Source: a virus
Strand: one strand, 5' to 3'
DNA length: 64,000 nt
IMG/VR virus record: IMGVR_UViG_3300045988_168118
Below the pieces are notes generated by a model. That model searched no databases and had not been told where the DNA came from. It saw nothing but the letters and a program-made list of their open reading frames with translations. Shown in pieces: positions 41,041-51,918 of this stretch (its first letter is position 1; each line of letters starts with the position of its first letter). Made by a program: the position numbers and the translations under genes.

Positions 41041-42441
41041 ATGGATAAAATTAAATTAGCAAAAATATCTTTAGATGATGGTGCTAGTTATGGTGAAGAA
41101 ATTCCTATTGGTGTAGAGGCTTCTAATGTAGATTTACCAGATGGAACTAATTTAGGTGATTATTTAGAAGATATGAAGATTGCGAATGAACTTAAAGCAA
41201 GTTTAAAATCTGCCAGATTACGTAATTATCAAGGAGAAGTTCCTGTTGGGGCGAGAAGCTTGACTATTGGATCAAATAATAGAGCAGTTGGAGAAGATTC
41301 TTTTGCAGAAGGAAAAGCAACCTATGCAGTAGGTAATTTTTGCCATGCTGAAGGTAATGGTACTACTGCGGGTTTTAAAGACACATCAACTGGTAAAACA
41401 ACTTATGCAGCACATGCTGAAGGCGGTAATACTCAAGCTTTAGGAATGTATTCTCATGCAGAAGGATATAATACAATAGCTAAAGCAAATATGTCTCATT
41501 GTGAGGGTTTTGGCGGAGAAGCAAGAGGTACTAGTTCTCATGTAGAAGGACTTGGAACTATTTCTCATGCTTCATATCAGCACGTACAAGGAAAATATAA
41601 TGTAGAAGATATTGAAAATAAGTATGCCCATATTGTAGGCGGTGGCACAGGTAGTTCTGAGGATCAAAGAAAAAATATTCACACTCTTGATTGGTATGGT
41701 AATGCTGTATATTCAGGAGATGTTACTATAACTGTTGAAGGAGAGCAAATACCTCTATCTTCTATAGTTGATGTTTTTCGTACTGGAGCTGCAGCTCATA
41801 ATTCAGTATACAGAGGAAAGTTCTTAGGGGATACTATTACTCCAGAACAAGCTTCTGCGATTAATGATGGGACTTTTAAAAATTTATATTTAGGCGATTA
41901 TTGGACTGTTAATGGAGTCAATTATAGGATAGCGGATTTTGATTATTGGATAAATAAAGGCTTTCCAGAGGTTGATAAAACAAAAGTTCATCATCTTGCT
42001 ATTGTTCCAGATAGTTGTTTAGCTACTGGACAAATGAATTCTTCCCTTACTACTAATGGTGGATATATAGGTTCTGGAATGAAAACAAATATATTAAATA
42101 CTGTTACATCAAATTTACCAGATACTTTTAAATCAAGAATACTATCTCGTAGAATTATGGCTGAAGGAACTTGGACTATCACTACATTAGATCTGATGAA
42201 TGAAGTGATGGTATATGGCTGCTATGTTTATACCCATAACAATAATAAACAAACCTCTGACAGTAGACAATTAAATTTATTTCGTTTCAATTCAGGTTTA
42301 CTAAATATCAATAGTGATTATTGGTTGAGAGATGTATCAAGCGAAACTAAGTTTTGCTTAATTTCTCAATATGGAGATGCGAGTAGAGATGATGCCACTA
42401 ACACTTATGGTGTTAGACCTATTTTTGCGATAGGTGGCTAA
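41041..42441 (+). CDS. Tail fibre or receptor-binding protein with YadA-head-like degenerate repeats (AVGxxSFAEG / SHAEG / SHCEG / SHVEG) and a distinct C-terminal domain.
   Basis: Repeats NNRAVGEDSFAEGKATYAVGNFCHAEGNGTTAG...AAHAEGGNTQALGMYSHAEGYNTIAKANMSHCEGFGGEARGTSSHVEGLG. There is no Shine-Dalgarno before the ATG, which lies 3 nt after the terminator. Confidence 0.45.
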   Translation: MDKIKLAKISLDDGASYGEEIPIGVEASNVDLPDGTNLGDYLEDMKIANELKASLKSARLRNYQGEVPVGARSLTIGSNNRAVGEDSFAEGKATYAVGNFCHAEGNGTTAGFKDTSTGKTTYAAHAEGGNTQALGMYSHAEGYNTIAKANMSHCEGFGGEARGTSSHVEGLGTISHASYQHVQGKYNVEDIENKYAHIVGGGTGSSEDQRKNIHTLDWYGNAVYSGDVTITVEGEQIPLSSIVDVFRTGAAAHNSVYRGKFLGDTITPEQASAINDGTFKNLYLGDYWTVNGVNYRIADFDYWINKGFPEVDKTKVHHLAIVPDSCLATGQMNSSLTTNGGYIGSGMKTNILNTVTSNLPDTFKSRILSRRIMAEGTWTITTLDLMNEVMVYGCYVYTHNNNKQTSDSRQLNLFRFNSGLLNINSDYWLRDVSSETKFCLISQYGDASRDDATNTYGVRPIFAIGG

Positions 42442-42539
42442 TATAGGTTTTTAGTAGCTCTATATGGGTAGAACTATTTAATTACTTTTTTCTTTTTTTA
42501 AAATATTGTGAAGAAAGACAAAATAGGAGGGCAAGTTTT

Positions 42540-43022
42540 GTGATAGAGCTATTAGCAAAATATTCTTTATCAGAAATTGCGGCTTTTTTAATCACTTTTG
42601 CTTTGGCTATAAAAGGAGTTATTTCTTTTTATGATTGGGCAACTGAACGATTAAAAAAGGCTTTTAGTAAAGAGACGCAGAGAGATAAAGAAAAAGAAGT
42701 ATTAGAAGAGAGATTGGTTTATGGAGCTGATAAAATGCGGGCTTTAGACAAACAACAGAAACAAACTAATGAACAATTAAAAGCAATTCATAAACAATTA
42801 GAAATGTTAATTTCTTCTGATAAAGATGATATAAAAGCTGATTTAACTAAAGATCATCATTATTTTTGTTATAAAAAAAAGTGGATAGATGATTATAGCT
42901 TAGATTGTATGCAAAGAAGATTTGAAAGATATGTAGAAGAAGGCGGCAATTCTTTTATTGAAAAATTGATGGATGAAGTTAAAGATTTACCAAACCAGCC
43001 GCCTTCTGATTTAGATAATTGA
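42540..43022 (+). CDS. Membrane-anchored hypothetical protein, 160 aa, with an N-terminal transmembrane segment and coiled coil.
   Basis: GTG start 8 nt after AGGAGGG. The transmembrane segment reads IAAFLITFALAIKGVISF. Confidence 0.4.
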   Translation: MIELLAKYSLSEIAAFLITFALAIKGVISFYDWATERLKKAFSKETQRDKEKEVLEERLVYGADKMRALDKQQKQTNEQLKAIHKQLEMLISSDKDDIKADLTKDHHYFCYKKKWIDDYSLDCMQRRFERYVEEGGNSFIEKLMDEVKDLPNQPPSDLDN

Positions 43023-43054
43023 ATTAAATTAAAGAGAAAAAAGGAGAAAATAAT

Positions 43055-45775
43055 ATGGCAAGCATAGGAAATAATTTATATCCCCCAATTATAGATACAT
43101 TTATGCCAGCCTTTGTACGAACTCAAACTTGTAGAGTTTATTTTTCATTGTCAAGATATAATGATATAAAAGAAGTAATGAACGCACAGATTATCGTAAG
43201 TAATCAAAGTACTAACGCATCTGTATTAGATTCCGTCACTTACCCCGCGGGCATAAAAGTATCTAATATTTTGATTGATTCAGAAAGAAATGCTGATGAT
43301 AAATATTATGTAGAAATAAATCCCTCAGATTTAGCAGGAAATAGGGGGTTTGGAGTTAATCAATTTTATAAAGTTCAAATTCGTTTTACTAGTATAAATG
43401 CTACTAGTTTTCCAAGCGATACCAATAAAATAGCTAGTTGGTTATCAAGTAATGAAAGTTATTTTTCTGAATGGTCTACGGTTTGTGTTATTAAAGGTAT
43501 AGAGAAGCCACAATTATCTATTGTAGGATTCGAGAATGGATTAGACCAAGAAATTATTTTTACAAATCAAGTTACATCAATAGTAGGTTCAATGTATTAT
43601 TCTGCTAATTCTACTCTTGAAAAAGAATTTTTAAAAACCTATCAAATTCAAATTTATAATAGTGAGACAGAGGGAGCAAAGCCTGTTATAGATAGTGGGA
43701 TTTTGTATTCTAATCCATATAGTCCTAATGAAATTAATTATACTTTAAATTATCAACTAGAAGAAGGGACTCAGTATAGAGTAGATATTACTTACACTAC
43801 AAATAATTATTATACTTCTACGCAATCGTATAATTTCATTATTATTAGTTATGGAATAGATAGGTTAAATGCTACTATAACCGCATTAGATGATCTTGAT
43901 GAAGGGCGAGTTAAAATTCATATATTAAGTACAAAAGATGAAACTTTTTTTGGAAACGTTACAATCAGAAGAACCTCCAGTAGCAGTAATTTTCAAGTTT
44001 GGGAAGATATATATACAATTAGTATTGTTGCGAGTGAAAAACTGGATTTAACTTGGTACGATTACACTGTTGAGAGCGGCATTTGGTATAAGTATTGTGC
44101 TCAGAAAACAAATGGGCGTGGAGATCGAGGTCCGATAATTCAAATTGATAGTCCAATCATGTTAAATCTTGAAGATAGTTATTTAAGTGCGAACGGAAAA
44201 CATTTAAAATTAAAATTTGATAATCAGATTTCTTCTTTCCAACATACTATTTCAGAAACTAAGACGGACACCATAGGCTCTCAATTTCCATATATTAGAA
44301 GAAATGGCAATATGAATTATCGTCAGTTTCCTATCACTGGATTGATAACTAGCTTTTGCGATGAACAAGAATTATTTACTAGCAAAGATGAAATTTATGG
44401 TGAAAGTAAAAATCTTTATAAAGAATATAACAGTGAACAGAATATTTCTGATTATAGAGATTTTATATATGAGAAGAAGTTTCGAGATAAGGTATTGGAT
44501 TTTTTATATGAAGATTCTGTTAAACTTTTTAGGTCAACAACAGAAGGAAATATATTAGTTAAGTTAATGGATGTTACTTTAACCCCTAATCAAACATTAG
44601 GTAGAATGTTATATTCATTTTCCGCGAACGCATATGAAATAGATGAAAGCAATTTGGTCAATTATAATAAATATAATATTCAACTAAGTGGAGAAACAGT
44701 ATCATATATAGAAGGTACTTTTTCTAAAATTGGTCAACTATATGGAGAATTTAGAAAGAATACTAATATTTTTTCTGTAATTTCAGAAAAATATGCAGAA
44801 TTTAGTAAAACAGGTGTAGTAAATGTTCCTCAATATTTAAGCTATTTGAAAGTTGAATTTAATTCAAAGCCTTATTTAATTGTAGATGGGAGTAATCCCC
44901 GCCCTGCATTACCAAATGAAAAATCAAATAATCTAGTTCAAGGATATATAGTGACGATTAATGGAAAAAATATCATAGTAAAAGAACGCGGTTTTTATGA
45001 ACTAAGAGATGATGGTATTAATATAACTTCATTAGTTTTTCCTGTTGATTGTAATGTTACTATTGATTATGTTTACGTTTATACAAAAGAAGAAGATACT
45101 CGTAGAAAAGTTGATAGAGTTTATTATACTCAAAAGATTGGTCAATTATTTGGTACTTTTGGTATAAAAGATCTTTTAATAAACAAAGTTTACTCAAAAT
45201 ATTTTGAAGATACTAAAACATATTATCAAAAATTAGTTTCTATAAATGGAATTAATGTAGAAGCTAATCCAGGAGTTGTTATTTATGTACAAGATTCAGA
45301 AGATGAAAGTTTATTTAGACACGTAATTGGAGAGACTGGAGTTTTACAGCTATATAGTGATGATGCGATTATTCAAGGTTTTTATTTTGGTGGATTTCAC
45401 TTAACTGAATTTACTGGAGAGAATTTAGAAGTTATGGATTTGGATAATCAATATATAGAAACTGGCATTGAAGCAAACGATTTTAATGAGATAAAAAATC
45501 CTATTCCAAATGGGGTCTATAGAATAAAAAATTATGGGATACATAGTGATAAATATGAAAATCCAATGTTATTTTTGTCATCAAATAAAGGAATAGTTAA
45601 AGATTCAGTAACTCAAAAGTATATATTGCTATTGAGACAGTTAATCAATAATAGATTCATTTATTTTAGAGACAAATGGTATGTATTTAATGATAACGGA
45701 GATGTTCTTTGTCCAATAGATGCATTAATAGATTATTTTTGTGAAGTAGAGAAAGGAGAGTATTCAGTAACATGA
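43055..45775 (+). CDS. Large tail or baseplate structural protein, 906 aa.
   Basis: RBS AAAAGGAG. Asn/Tyr/Ser-rich. Confidence 0.45.
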   Translation: MASIGNNLYPPIIDTFMPAFVRTQTCRVYFSLSRYNDIKEVMNAQIIVSNQSTNASVLDSVTYPAGIKVSNILIDSERNADDKYYVEINPSDLAGNRGFGVNQFYKVQIRFTSINATSFPSDTNKIASWLSSNESYFSEWSTVCVIKGIEKPQLSIVGFENGLDQEIIFTNQVTSIVGSMYYSANSTLEKEFLKTYQIQIYNSETEGAKPVIDSGILYSNPYSPNEINYTLNYQLEEGTQYRVDITYTTNNYYTSTQSYNFIIISYGIDRLNATITALDDLDEGRVKIHILSTKDETFFGNVTIRRTSSSSNFQVWEDIYTISIVASEKLDLTWYDYTVESGIWYKYCAQKTNGRGDRGPIIQIDSPIMLNLEDSYLSANGKHLKLKFDNQISSFQHTISETKTDTIGSQFPYIRRNGNMNYRQFPITGLITSFCDEQELFTSKDEIYGESKNLYKEYNSEQNISDYRDFIYEKKFRDKVLDFLYEDSVKLFRSTTEGNILVKLMDVTLTPNQTLGRMLYSFSANAYEIDESNLVNYNKYNIQLSGETVSYIEGTFSKIGQLYGEFRKNTNIFSVISEKYAEFSKTGVVNVPQYLSYLKVEFNSKPYLIVDGSNPRPALPNEKSNNLVQGYIVTINGKNIIVKERGFYELRDDGINITSLVFPVDCNVTIDYVYVYTKEEDTRRKVDRVYYTQKIGQLFGTFGIKDLLINKVYSKYFEDTKTYYQKLVSINGINVEANPGVVIYVQDSEDESLFRHVIGETGVLQLYSDDAIIQGFYFGGFHLTEFTGENLEVMDLDNQYIETGIEANDFNEIKNPIPNGVYRIKNYGIHSDKYENPMLFLSSNKGIVKDSVTQKYILLLRQLINNRFIYFRDKWYVFNDNGDVLCPIDALIDYFCEVEKGEYSVT

Positions 45776-47799
45776 GATATCCTTATTTAAAAGACTCTTC
45801 TTTTTTAAGAGAAATTGATAAATTAAGAATAAAAGAACAATTTGTAAAAATTGTACTATTAGATTTTTATGAAAATTCAATAAGAGAAATACAAGGAAAA
45901 GCTATAAGTGGTAGCTTAAATTTAGAAGGGGAATCAAATATTAGAAGGACTTGCAATTTAACTATGGTTGCAAGTCCTTTTGAAAATGACTTAACTAATA
46001 TAAATAATCTTATTTCTATAAATAAAAAGATTCAATTAGAAATAGGAATTTTAAATACTACAAAAAAATATCAAGAGTACAAAATAATCTGGTTTCCACA
46101 AGGCGTTTTCGTTAATATCAATTCATCTATTTCACATTCTACTAGTGACGTAACTATATCATTACAGATGAAAGATAAAATGTGTTTACTTAATGGAGAG
46201 TGTGGAGGTACTATTTCTGCTTCTACAACTTTTCACGAATATGAGACAACTGATGAAAATGGCAATATAGTAATAAGTAATCCAACAATTTATCAGATTA
46301 TTCAAGAAGTAGTTAATCATTTTGGCGGAGAACAATTAAGTAAAATTATTATTAGCGATATTGATTCCCGCATTAAGAAAGTTATGAAGTGGACAGGAAG
46401 TTCTCCTTTCTACTTAATAAAAAAAATGAAAAATAATACTATTCAATATTTGCCTACTACTAACGCAGATGAGCTTACAAAAGAAGATGTCCAAGAATAT
46501 AAGATATATGAATATGGAGAAGATATAGGATATGTATACGCGGATTTTGTTTATCCAGGAGAATTAATTGGAGATGCCGGAAGTACTGTATGTGATATTT
46601 TGGACTCTATTAAAGACACTTTAGGGAATTATGAATATTTTTATGATGTAGAAGGAAATTTTATTTTTCAAGAAATTAAAAATTATTTAAACAATTCTCA
46701 AGCAAAAGTTGAATTAAATAGTATGTCAAATGATAATTATTTAATTGATATGAGTAAAGGTAAGTCTGTTTATACTTTTGATGATGGCTGTTCAGTTACT
46801 TCTTATTCCAATAACCCGCAATATGGAATGATAAAAAATGATTTTATAGTATGGGGTATGAAAGAAAATGAGAATGGAAATACAATGCCTATTCGTTATC
46901 ATTTAGCTATTGATTCTAAGCCTAAAGTTGGAAATACTTATAAATGTTTTTTCTATGAAGATCCAGATGATAAAATTAAAAAGGCTAAATGCCCTATTAC
47001 TTTTCCTACTTTTTCTGATTTTCCAAAAGAAGGTAAAGCAGATGTTTTTTACATGGCTAAAGATTCAGGCATAATATATAAGTGGACTACTTCAGAAAAT
47101 GGAGATGAAAAATATATTGCTATAGAAAATCAATTAACTTCCATTACTACTTCTGATTGGCGGACTGAGTTATATTTATCTGGTGTTAATGGAGAGCCTT
47201 TGGGTTCAGATTCTAATTATTATTATACTGAACTATTGAATGAGTGGCCTAAGCTCTATGATATTGAGAACGGGAAATTTTATGATGAAAACCTAAAAAC
47301 GCCAAGTGATATAGACTATTTTTTAGATTTCATAGATTCTTCAGCGTCAATTTCTGAACTTAGTGTATCTAATATAGGAAGAAGAACTAAAGTTATTAAT
47401 GACGATAAGATAAACTGTATTTTTGAACCAGAGATTCCCGACTTAGTATTATTAAATTTAGCTGATAAAAATGTTGAAGAGTTAAGAATAGAATGTGATA
47501 ACAAAGGACAAGATTATGTACAGTTGGAAGATAGAATTTTTAATATGATTGTCGCAGGAGGGAAATCTAATTCCGCGTATAATATGGTTCGAGAACTTCT
47601 ATATCAATATACTAGTTATAATGAAAGTATTACAATAGATGCATTACCAATTTATTATTTAGAGCCTAATGTTAGAATTACAGTAAGAGATAGTCTAAGT
47701 GGAATCTACGGAGACTATATGATAAAAAGTATTTCTCTTCCATTAGACATATCTAGTACAATGTCGATATCTTGTACAAGAGCTTTAGAAAGATTTTAA
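45772..47799 (+). CDS. Baseplate hub or tail-associated (Tal-like) protein (putative), 675 aa.
   Basis: The N-terminus (KIVLLDFYENSIREIQGKAISGSLNLEGESNIRRTCNLTMVAS) resembles the conserved N-terminal domain of siphovirus tail-associated proteins. ATGA overlap with the previous gene. Confidence 0.4.
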   Translation: MRYPYLKDSSFLREIDKLRIKEQFVKIVLLDFYENSIREIQGKAISGSLNLEGESNIRRTCNLTMVASPFENDLTNINNLISINKKIQLEIGILNTTKKYQEYKIIWFPQGVFVNINSSISHSTSDVTISLQMKDKMCLLNGECGGTISASTTFHEYETTDENGNIVISNPTIYQIIQEVVNHFGGEQLSKIIISDIDSRIKKVMKWTGSSPFYLIKKMKNNTIQYLPTTNADELTKEDVQEYKIYEYGEDIGYVYADFVYPGELIGDAGSTVCDILDSIKDTLGNYEYFYDVEGNFIFQEIKNYLNNSQAKVELNSMSNDNYLIDMSKGKSVYTFDDGCSVTSYSNNPQYGMIKNDFIVWGMKENENGNTMPIRYHLAIDSKPKVGNTYKCFFYEDPDDKIKKAKCPITFPTFSDFPKEGKADVFYMAKDSGIIYKWTTSENGDEKYIAIENQLTSITTSDWRTELYLSGVNGEPLGSDSNYYYTELLNEWPKLYDIENGKFYDENLKTPSDIDYFLDFIDSSASISELSVSNIGRRTKVINDDKINCIFEPEIPDLVLLNLADKNVEELRIECDNKGQDYVQLEDRIFNMIVAGGKSNSAYNMVRELLYQYTSYNESITIDALPIYYLEPNVRITVRDSLSGIYGDYMIKSISLPLDISSTMSISCTRALERF

Positions 47800-47820
47800 T
47801 AATAAGAAAGGAGAAAACTT

Positions 47821-48561
47821 ATGTATCAAATAGGTCAATTTCGTAGAACTCAATTACCTATAGATAGATACAAAATTACCAAACAAGGTGAAATTGTAAG
47901 CGTAAAAAGCCACTTTAAAAGCAGCAATGGGGAAGAAGATGACTCTTTTGTTTTTGAAAACAAAGGACTTTTATTAGAAGGTAGTAATGTTTTAGATAAT
48001 CAAACTAGCTATTATTTAAAGTTTACTGTTTATAAGAAAACTTCTGGAGAACAAAGTTTTGACTTAATTTTAAAGAATAGTGATGTTTCAAACAAAGAAA
48101 CTCAGACTATAGAGTCTTTTGTTGCGGCGAAGCTAGTAGAGGGAGAAAAAAATAATAAAGTAACTTTCGAAGTAATTATTTCTCCTAATTCAACATATAA
48201 TCAAATTGTTTTTGATTTAGATAGAACTTCAATAGATTTAAAAGAAGCTAATCAAGAGAAAGAGGATGTAGTTGGAAGAGTTATGAATATTGAAGTTAAT
48301 GATTTTTATGCTATTCATAATATAATTGAAGATTTATCTTCTAATCTTAATTATTCTGATTTAGAAGAGCTAGCTAAAATCGGCGTACAAGGGCCGCCTG
48401 GATTGATTATGTGTATCAATAGGGAACAAATTAGAATAGGTAGAACTGGAATATATGAATTAAATAATGGGATGAAGATTCAATCTATTGGTTTTGTTTT
48501 AAAAAAATCTGATTTTTATTTAGATGGAACTGATTATTTCATAATGGATTTCCAGTATTAA
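47821..48561 (+). CDS. Hypothetical baseplate or tail protein, 246 aa.
   Basis: RBS AAAGGAG. Confidence 0.4.
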   Translation: MYQIGQFRRTQLPIDRYKITKQGEIVSVKSHFKSSNGEEDDSFVFENKGLLLEGSNVLDNQTSYYLKFTVYKKTSGEQSFDLILKNSDVSNKETQTIESFVAAKLVEGEKNNKVTFEVIISPNSTYNQIVFDLDRTSIDLKEANQEKEDVVGRVMNIEVNDFYAIHNIIEDLSSNLNYSDLEELAKIGVQGPPGLIMCINREQIRIGRTGIYELNNGMKIQSIGFVLKKSDFYLDGTDYFIMDFQY

Positions 48562-48571
48562 GGAGGTTAGA

Positions 48572-50164
48572 ATGTTAGGAAGTTTTTATGGAGGTAAACC
48601 AGGAGTCTCTTTTATCATTGTAAAGAGCTATTTGTCTATCGAGGCAATGAAAAATGATTTTAAACAAGGTCCGCTCTTTAGTGAAGTTACTTTTGGGGAA
48701 TATGTTTTAATCAATACTGAGAACAAAAATGATCCTGATAATGGAAAGGTTTTTAGAAGAGGATTAAATTATACTGATACGAAAACTGCGGGAGCTATTT
48801 ATATAGGTGCTATTGTCGGACCTGCGGGAAGAGCTCCGATGCTAGAAGTTACTACTTTAGATATAATAAAAGATAAACAAATTGAAGAAGGCTTTGAATA
48901 TAGAAAAGGTGAAGGCTCTTATACCTTAAGCGGAAAAGATTTATTACCAGGTAAAGTAGATGGAGAAGACCAATATAATGATGAAATTCAATGGGGATAC
49001 TGCTCTGTTAGAAATGCAAATGGAGAAGATACTACTGCATATATTGGTTTTAAATTTCCTTATTTAGTAGTTGACTTTAAAGCTAATTCAGTTAGTCCAT
49101 ATTATAATAGAAGTAATGACACAGCTAATTTTACTAATAATAATTTAGTTGAAAGAGCTGATGATAAGTCTCATCCTTTTTATGAAGAATGGGATATTAA
49201 AATTCCAAAAGGAATAAAAGGAGACTCTTTAAAAAACTTAAGAGTAATGGTTGCTGATGATTCAGTCCAATATGAAAACTTAAGTAAAAAAGCAGATGAT
49301 ATCGCCAATAGTAGAAAAGTTCTAGTATATGATTATTATAATTATGATGCTAATGCGAATGGTGAATTAACTCCTATTTACTTAGGAGATTATAATATGA
49401 TTGAAGATATCTATATAGATGGAGTAACAGGCAAGATTACTATTAATTATACACATGATGATGACTATGGTAAATTTTTACAATTTGTTAATGGAATTTC
49501 AATAGCGGAAAATGGAACTGTCACTCTTAGCTATACAGGCGGTGCTTCAGATGTAGTTTTATCTACTAAATTAAAATGGATTTCTAATGTAACGGTAAAC
49601 ACTGGAACTCAAGAGGGAAATGGCACTCAGAAAATCGCTGTAACTTATAATGATGGAACTTCTAGTGAAATTGGAAATCCATTAAATTATATTATGAGAA
49701 TAGCGGTAAATGAAGAAAATTATCATTTGTTAATTCTTTATAGCGATCCCGCCCGCAGACAAAGTTTAATTTCATCTGGACAAGCAGTTACTTATAATGG
49801 AATTCAAGGATGGTTAGATTTAGGTTCAGTAAAAGATAAGGGTGGATTATTAGTAGGTCCGCGTATAAAAATCTCAGACTTAGGATTGACAAGTAGTGCA
49901 ACTACACAACAGATTGCTGCGGCTTTAAAACGTTTATATCCAAATGGTTTTTCAGATGCAGATAAAGGAAAAGTTGCAGTTATAGAGTTTGATGAAACAA
50001 TAAAAGACTATTATGGATTCGATTATGATAGTAATGAATGGTATTACATCGCGGGTTCTGCTTTAATTAATATTCCTATTGTAGTAGGTAAAGAGAATGA
50101 TGCAGATATAGAATCAAAGATAAATGATTTACCTGAAGGTGGTATCTGGTTTGTAATAGACTAA
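48572..50164 (+). CDS. Hypothetical baseplate or tail protein, 530 aa.
   Basis: RBS AAGGAGG. Confidence 0.4.
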   Translation: MLGSFYGGKPGVSFIIVKSYLSIEAMKNDFKQGPLFSEVTFGEYVLINTENKNDPDNGKVFRRGLNYTDTKTAGAIYIGAIVGPAGRAPMLEVTTLDIIKDKQIEEGFEYRKGEGSYTLSGKDLLPGKVDGEDQYNDEIQWGYCSVRNANGEDTTAYIGFKFPYLVVDFKANSVSPYYNRSNDTANFTNNNLVERADDKSHPFYEEWDIKIPKGIKGDSLKNLRVMVADDSVQYENLSKKADDIANSRKVLVYDYYNYDANANGELTPIYLGDYNMIEDIYIDGVTGKITINYTHDDDYGKFLQFVNGISIAENGTVTLSYTGGASDVVLSTKLKWISNVTVNTGTQEGNGTQKIAVTYNDGTSSEIGNPLNYIMRIAVNEENYHLLILYSDPARRQSLISSGQAVTYNGIQGWLDLGSVKDKGGLLVGPRIKISDLGLTSSATTQQIAAALKRLYPNGFSDADKGKVAVIEFDETIKDYYGFDYDSNEWYYIAGSALINIPIVVGKENDADIESKINDLPEGGIWFVID

Positions 50165-50176
50165 AGGAGTTAAAAT

Positions 50177-50467
50177 ATGAGTGATACAAGTGTTAATAAA
50201 TTCTTTGGTCAGATACGAGGACCTTTTACCAAAGACCAAGAAATTATAGAATTAATTAGAACTATGACTAACTATAGAAATTTAAGTTATTTAAAAAAAG
50301 TAGGTATTCAAACAAATGTAAGAAACGAGATAGAAATAAATGGTCATATCTTTGAAATAGGTAAAACTGGTATTTTGGAGAGTGATTATGATAATAAAAT
50401 TACTTCTTTAAAATTTAAGCAGGATGTTGATGAATATACTATTGTAGATTTTATTTGTAATAAATGA
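50177..50467 (+). CDS. Hypothetical protein, 96 aa.
   Basis: RBS AAAGGAG. Confidence 0.4.
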   Translation: MSDTSVNKFFGQIRGPFTKDQEIIELIRTMTNYRNLSYLKKVGIQTNVRNEIEINGHIFEIGKTGILESDYDNKITSLKFKQDVDEYTIVDFICNK

Positions 50468-50481
50468 AAGGAGTGTGTTAG

Positions 50482-51045
50482 ATGGCGGAAACAAGCAGTT
50501 CATTTAAAGTTAAACAAAAAGATGGCACTTTTAAAGATTTTAAATTTAAAGTAGATACAATAAATGTAAAGTTATTCGACCAGTATCAAGGTACTCAAGG
50601 ATTGGATAATTTAGAAGATTTTTTAAAGGCTGAAAAAGAATGGACAAGTAGCGGAAATCTTAATTATGAGATCTCAGATGGTACTGTCATTAGATTGACC
50701 ATTACCCCAGCCGCGAAAAAATTAGCAAATTGTCTTTATATTTTTTCTGAGTATAATGGTCATCCTATGGAAGTAAAACAGATTCCTGTAAATATGGTAG
50801 ATTATGAAAATAAGATAATTCAATTATCCTATACTATTGTAGATCCCATTACCCATGCTATGACTATTTTTCAATATAATCTAACTTGGGAAAATGATAA
50901 AAATACTTTAACAGTTTCTGATGTTCGTACAGCAGAATTAAAAGTAATTATAGAATCCGATGATAGCAAAAATTTAGATTTTCAAGTGGTAGAAGGAAAA
51001 AATAATAAAGCTTATAGATTAAGACAATTATGCCTTTCAAGATAG
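50482..51045 (+). CDS. Hypothetical protein, 187 aa.
   Basis: RBS AAAGGAG. Last gene before the strong terminator. Confidence 0.4.
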   Translation: MAETSSSFKVKQKDGTFKDFKFKVDTINVKLFDQYQGTQGLDNLEDFLKAEKEWTSSGNLNYEISDGTVIRLTITPAAKKLANCLYIFSEYNGHPMEVKQIPVNMVDYENKIIQLSYTIVDPITHAMTIFQYNLTWENDKNTLTVSDVRTAELKVIIESDDSKNLDFQVVEGKNNKAYRLRQLCLSR

Positions 51046-51054
51046 TAAAATGCT

Positions 51055-51097
51055 AGCCAAGAATAATATTTATTGTTATTCTTGGCTATTTTTTTGT
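51055..51097 (+). terminator. Strong rho-independent terminator (agccaagaataa-tatttattg-ttattcttggct followed by a T7 run).
   Basis: 12-bp perfect stem. Confidence 0.65.
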
Positions 51098-51251
51098 TTT
51101 ATACAGAATTTTATACGTGCTTTTTATTTTCTTACTTTAGGAGCCAAATTTACTTTTTAAATAAATTTTAATGAAAATTTCGGGCAAAGTATAAAATTTA
51201 TTACCAGTCATTTTTCATATACCATTGCAAGGGAAAGGAGTGAAAAGTAAA

Positions 51252-51734
51252 ATGTATCAAAATTTACAACAACTGCAAAACAGTCCTTATTACCAATACC
51301 CTTATAATCAACAATATCAACGCCTGGCACAATTAGAGCAACAACAACAGATGAATACTCCGTATAATACTATGGTTTCTCAAAATCAAAGTTTTTTAAA
51401 AGGTAGACCAGTAGTATCCATGGAGGAAGCCCGTGCCGCACAGATTGATTTAGATGGTTCGTTGTTTATTTTTACTGACATAGGAAATAAAAAGATTTAT
51501 ACTAAACAGATAAATCTTGATGGAACTGCTACTTTAAACACTTACTCTCTTGTAGAAAATGTAGCACCAATAGAAAGTTATGTCACTAAAACTGAATTTG
51601 AAAAAGCCATCTCATCAATTAGAGAAGAAATGGTTAAAAAGGAAACATTAGAAAGGAATGTAGATAATGACTCAATTAAACAGCAACAATCTGGAACAAC
51701 TAAAAAAGCAGTTTGCAAATCATCCTCTTTTTAA
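51252..51734 (+). CDS. Gln/Tyr/Asn-rich hypothetical protein, 160 aa (MYQNLQQLQNSPYYQYPYNQQYQ...).
   Basis: Start at ATG 51252, after GGAGTGAAAAG. The track start at 51225 is a TTG. Low-complexity Q/Y-rich N-terminus. Confidence 0.45.
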   Translation: MYQNLQQLQNSPYYQYPYNQQYQRLAQLEQQQQMNTPYNTMVSQNQSFLKGRPVVSMEEARAAQIDLDGSLFIFTDIGNKKIYTKQINLDGTATLNTYSLVENVAPIESYVTKTEFEKAISSIREEMVKKETLERNVDNDSIKQQQSGTTKKAVCKSSSF

Positions 51735-51864
51735 TAGAGCAGAACAAATGGTATCTGGAAAAACACCAGAAGAGATAGAGCAAATTGCAAAAAATTTATG
51801 CCAGCAAAGAGGAATTAATTTTGATGAAGCATGGAAAATGTTTCAGCAACAATTTAGATTTTAG
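51667..51864 (+). CDS. Small helical hypothetical protein, 65 aa, overlapping the previous gene by 68 nt in another frame.
   Basis: ORF whose own RBS-like GAAAGGA lies about 10 nt upstream. Confidence 0.3.
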   Translation: MTQLNSNNLEQLKKQFANHPLFNRAEQMVSGKTPEEIEQIAKNLCQQRGINFDEAWKMFQQQFRF

Positions 51865-51918
51865 CGTACAAGGCTTTTATGGAAAACAAATTATAAATTA
51901 TAAAAAAGGAGATTTATT

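Noticed and set aside
35594-42441. Diversity-generating retroelement acting on the fibre genes.
   Set aside because: No reverse transcriptase ORF and no template or variable repeat pair was found in the window.
51667-51734. Programmed ribosomal frameshift at the A-AAA-AAG heptamer (51702-51708) in the 68-nt overlap between 51252..51734 and 51667..51864.
   Set aside because: The heptamer is in phase only for the downstream small ORF. A -1 slip there would add just 9 residues before a stop, so no sensible fusion product results. The two are better read as independently initiated overlapping genes.
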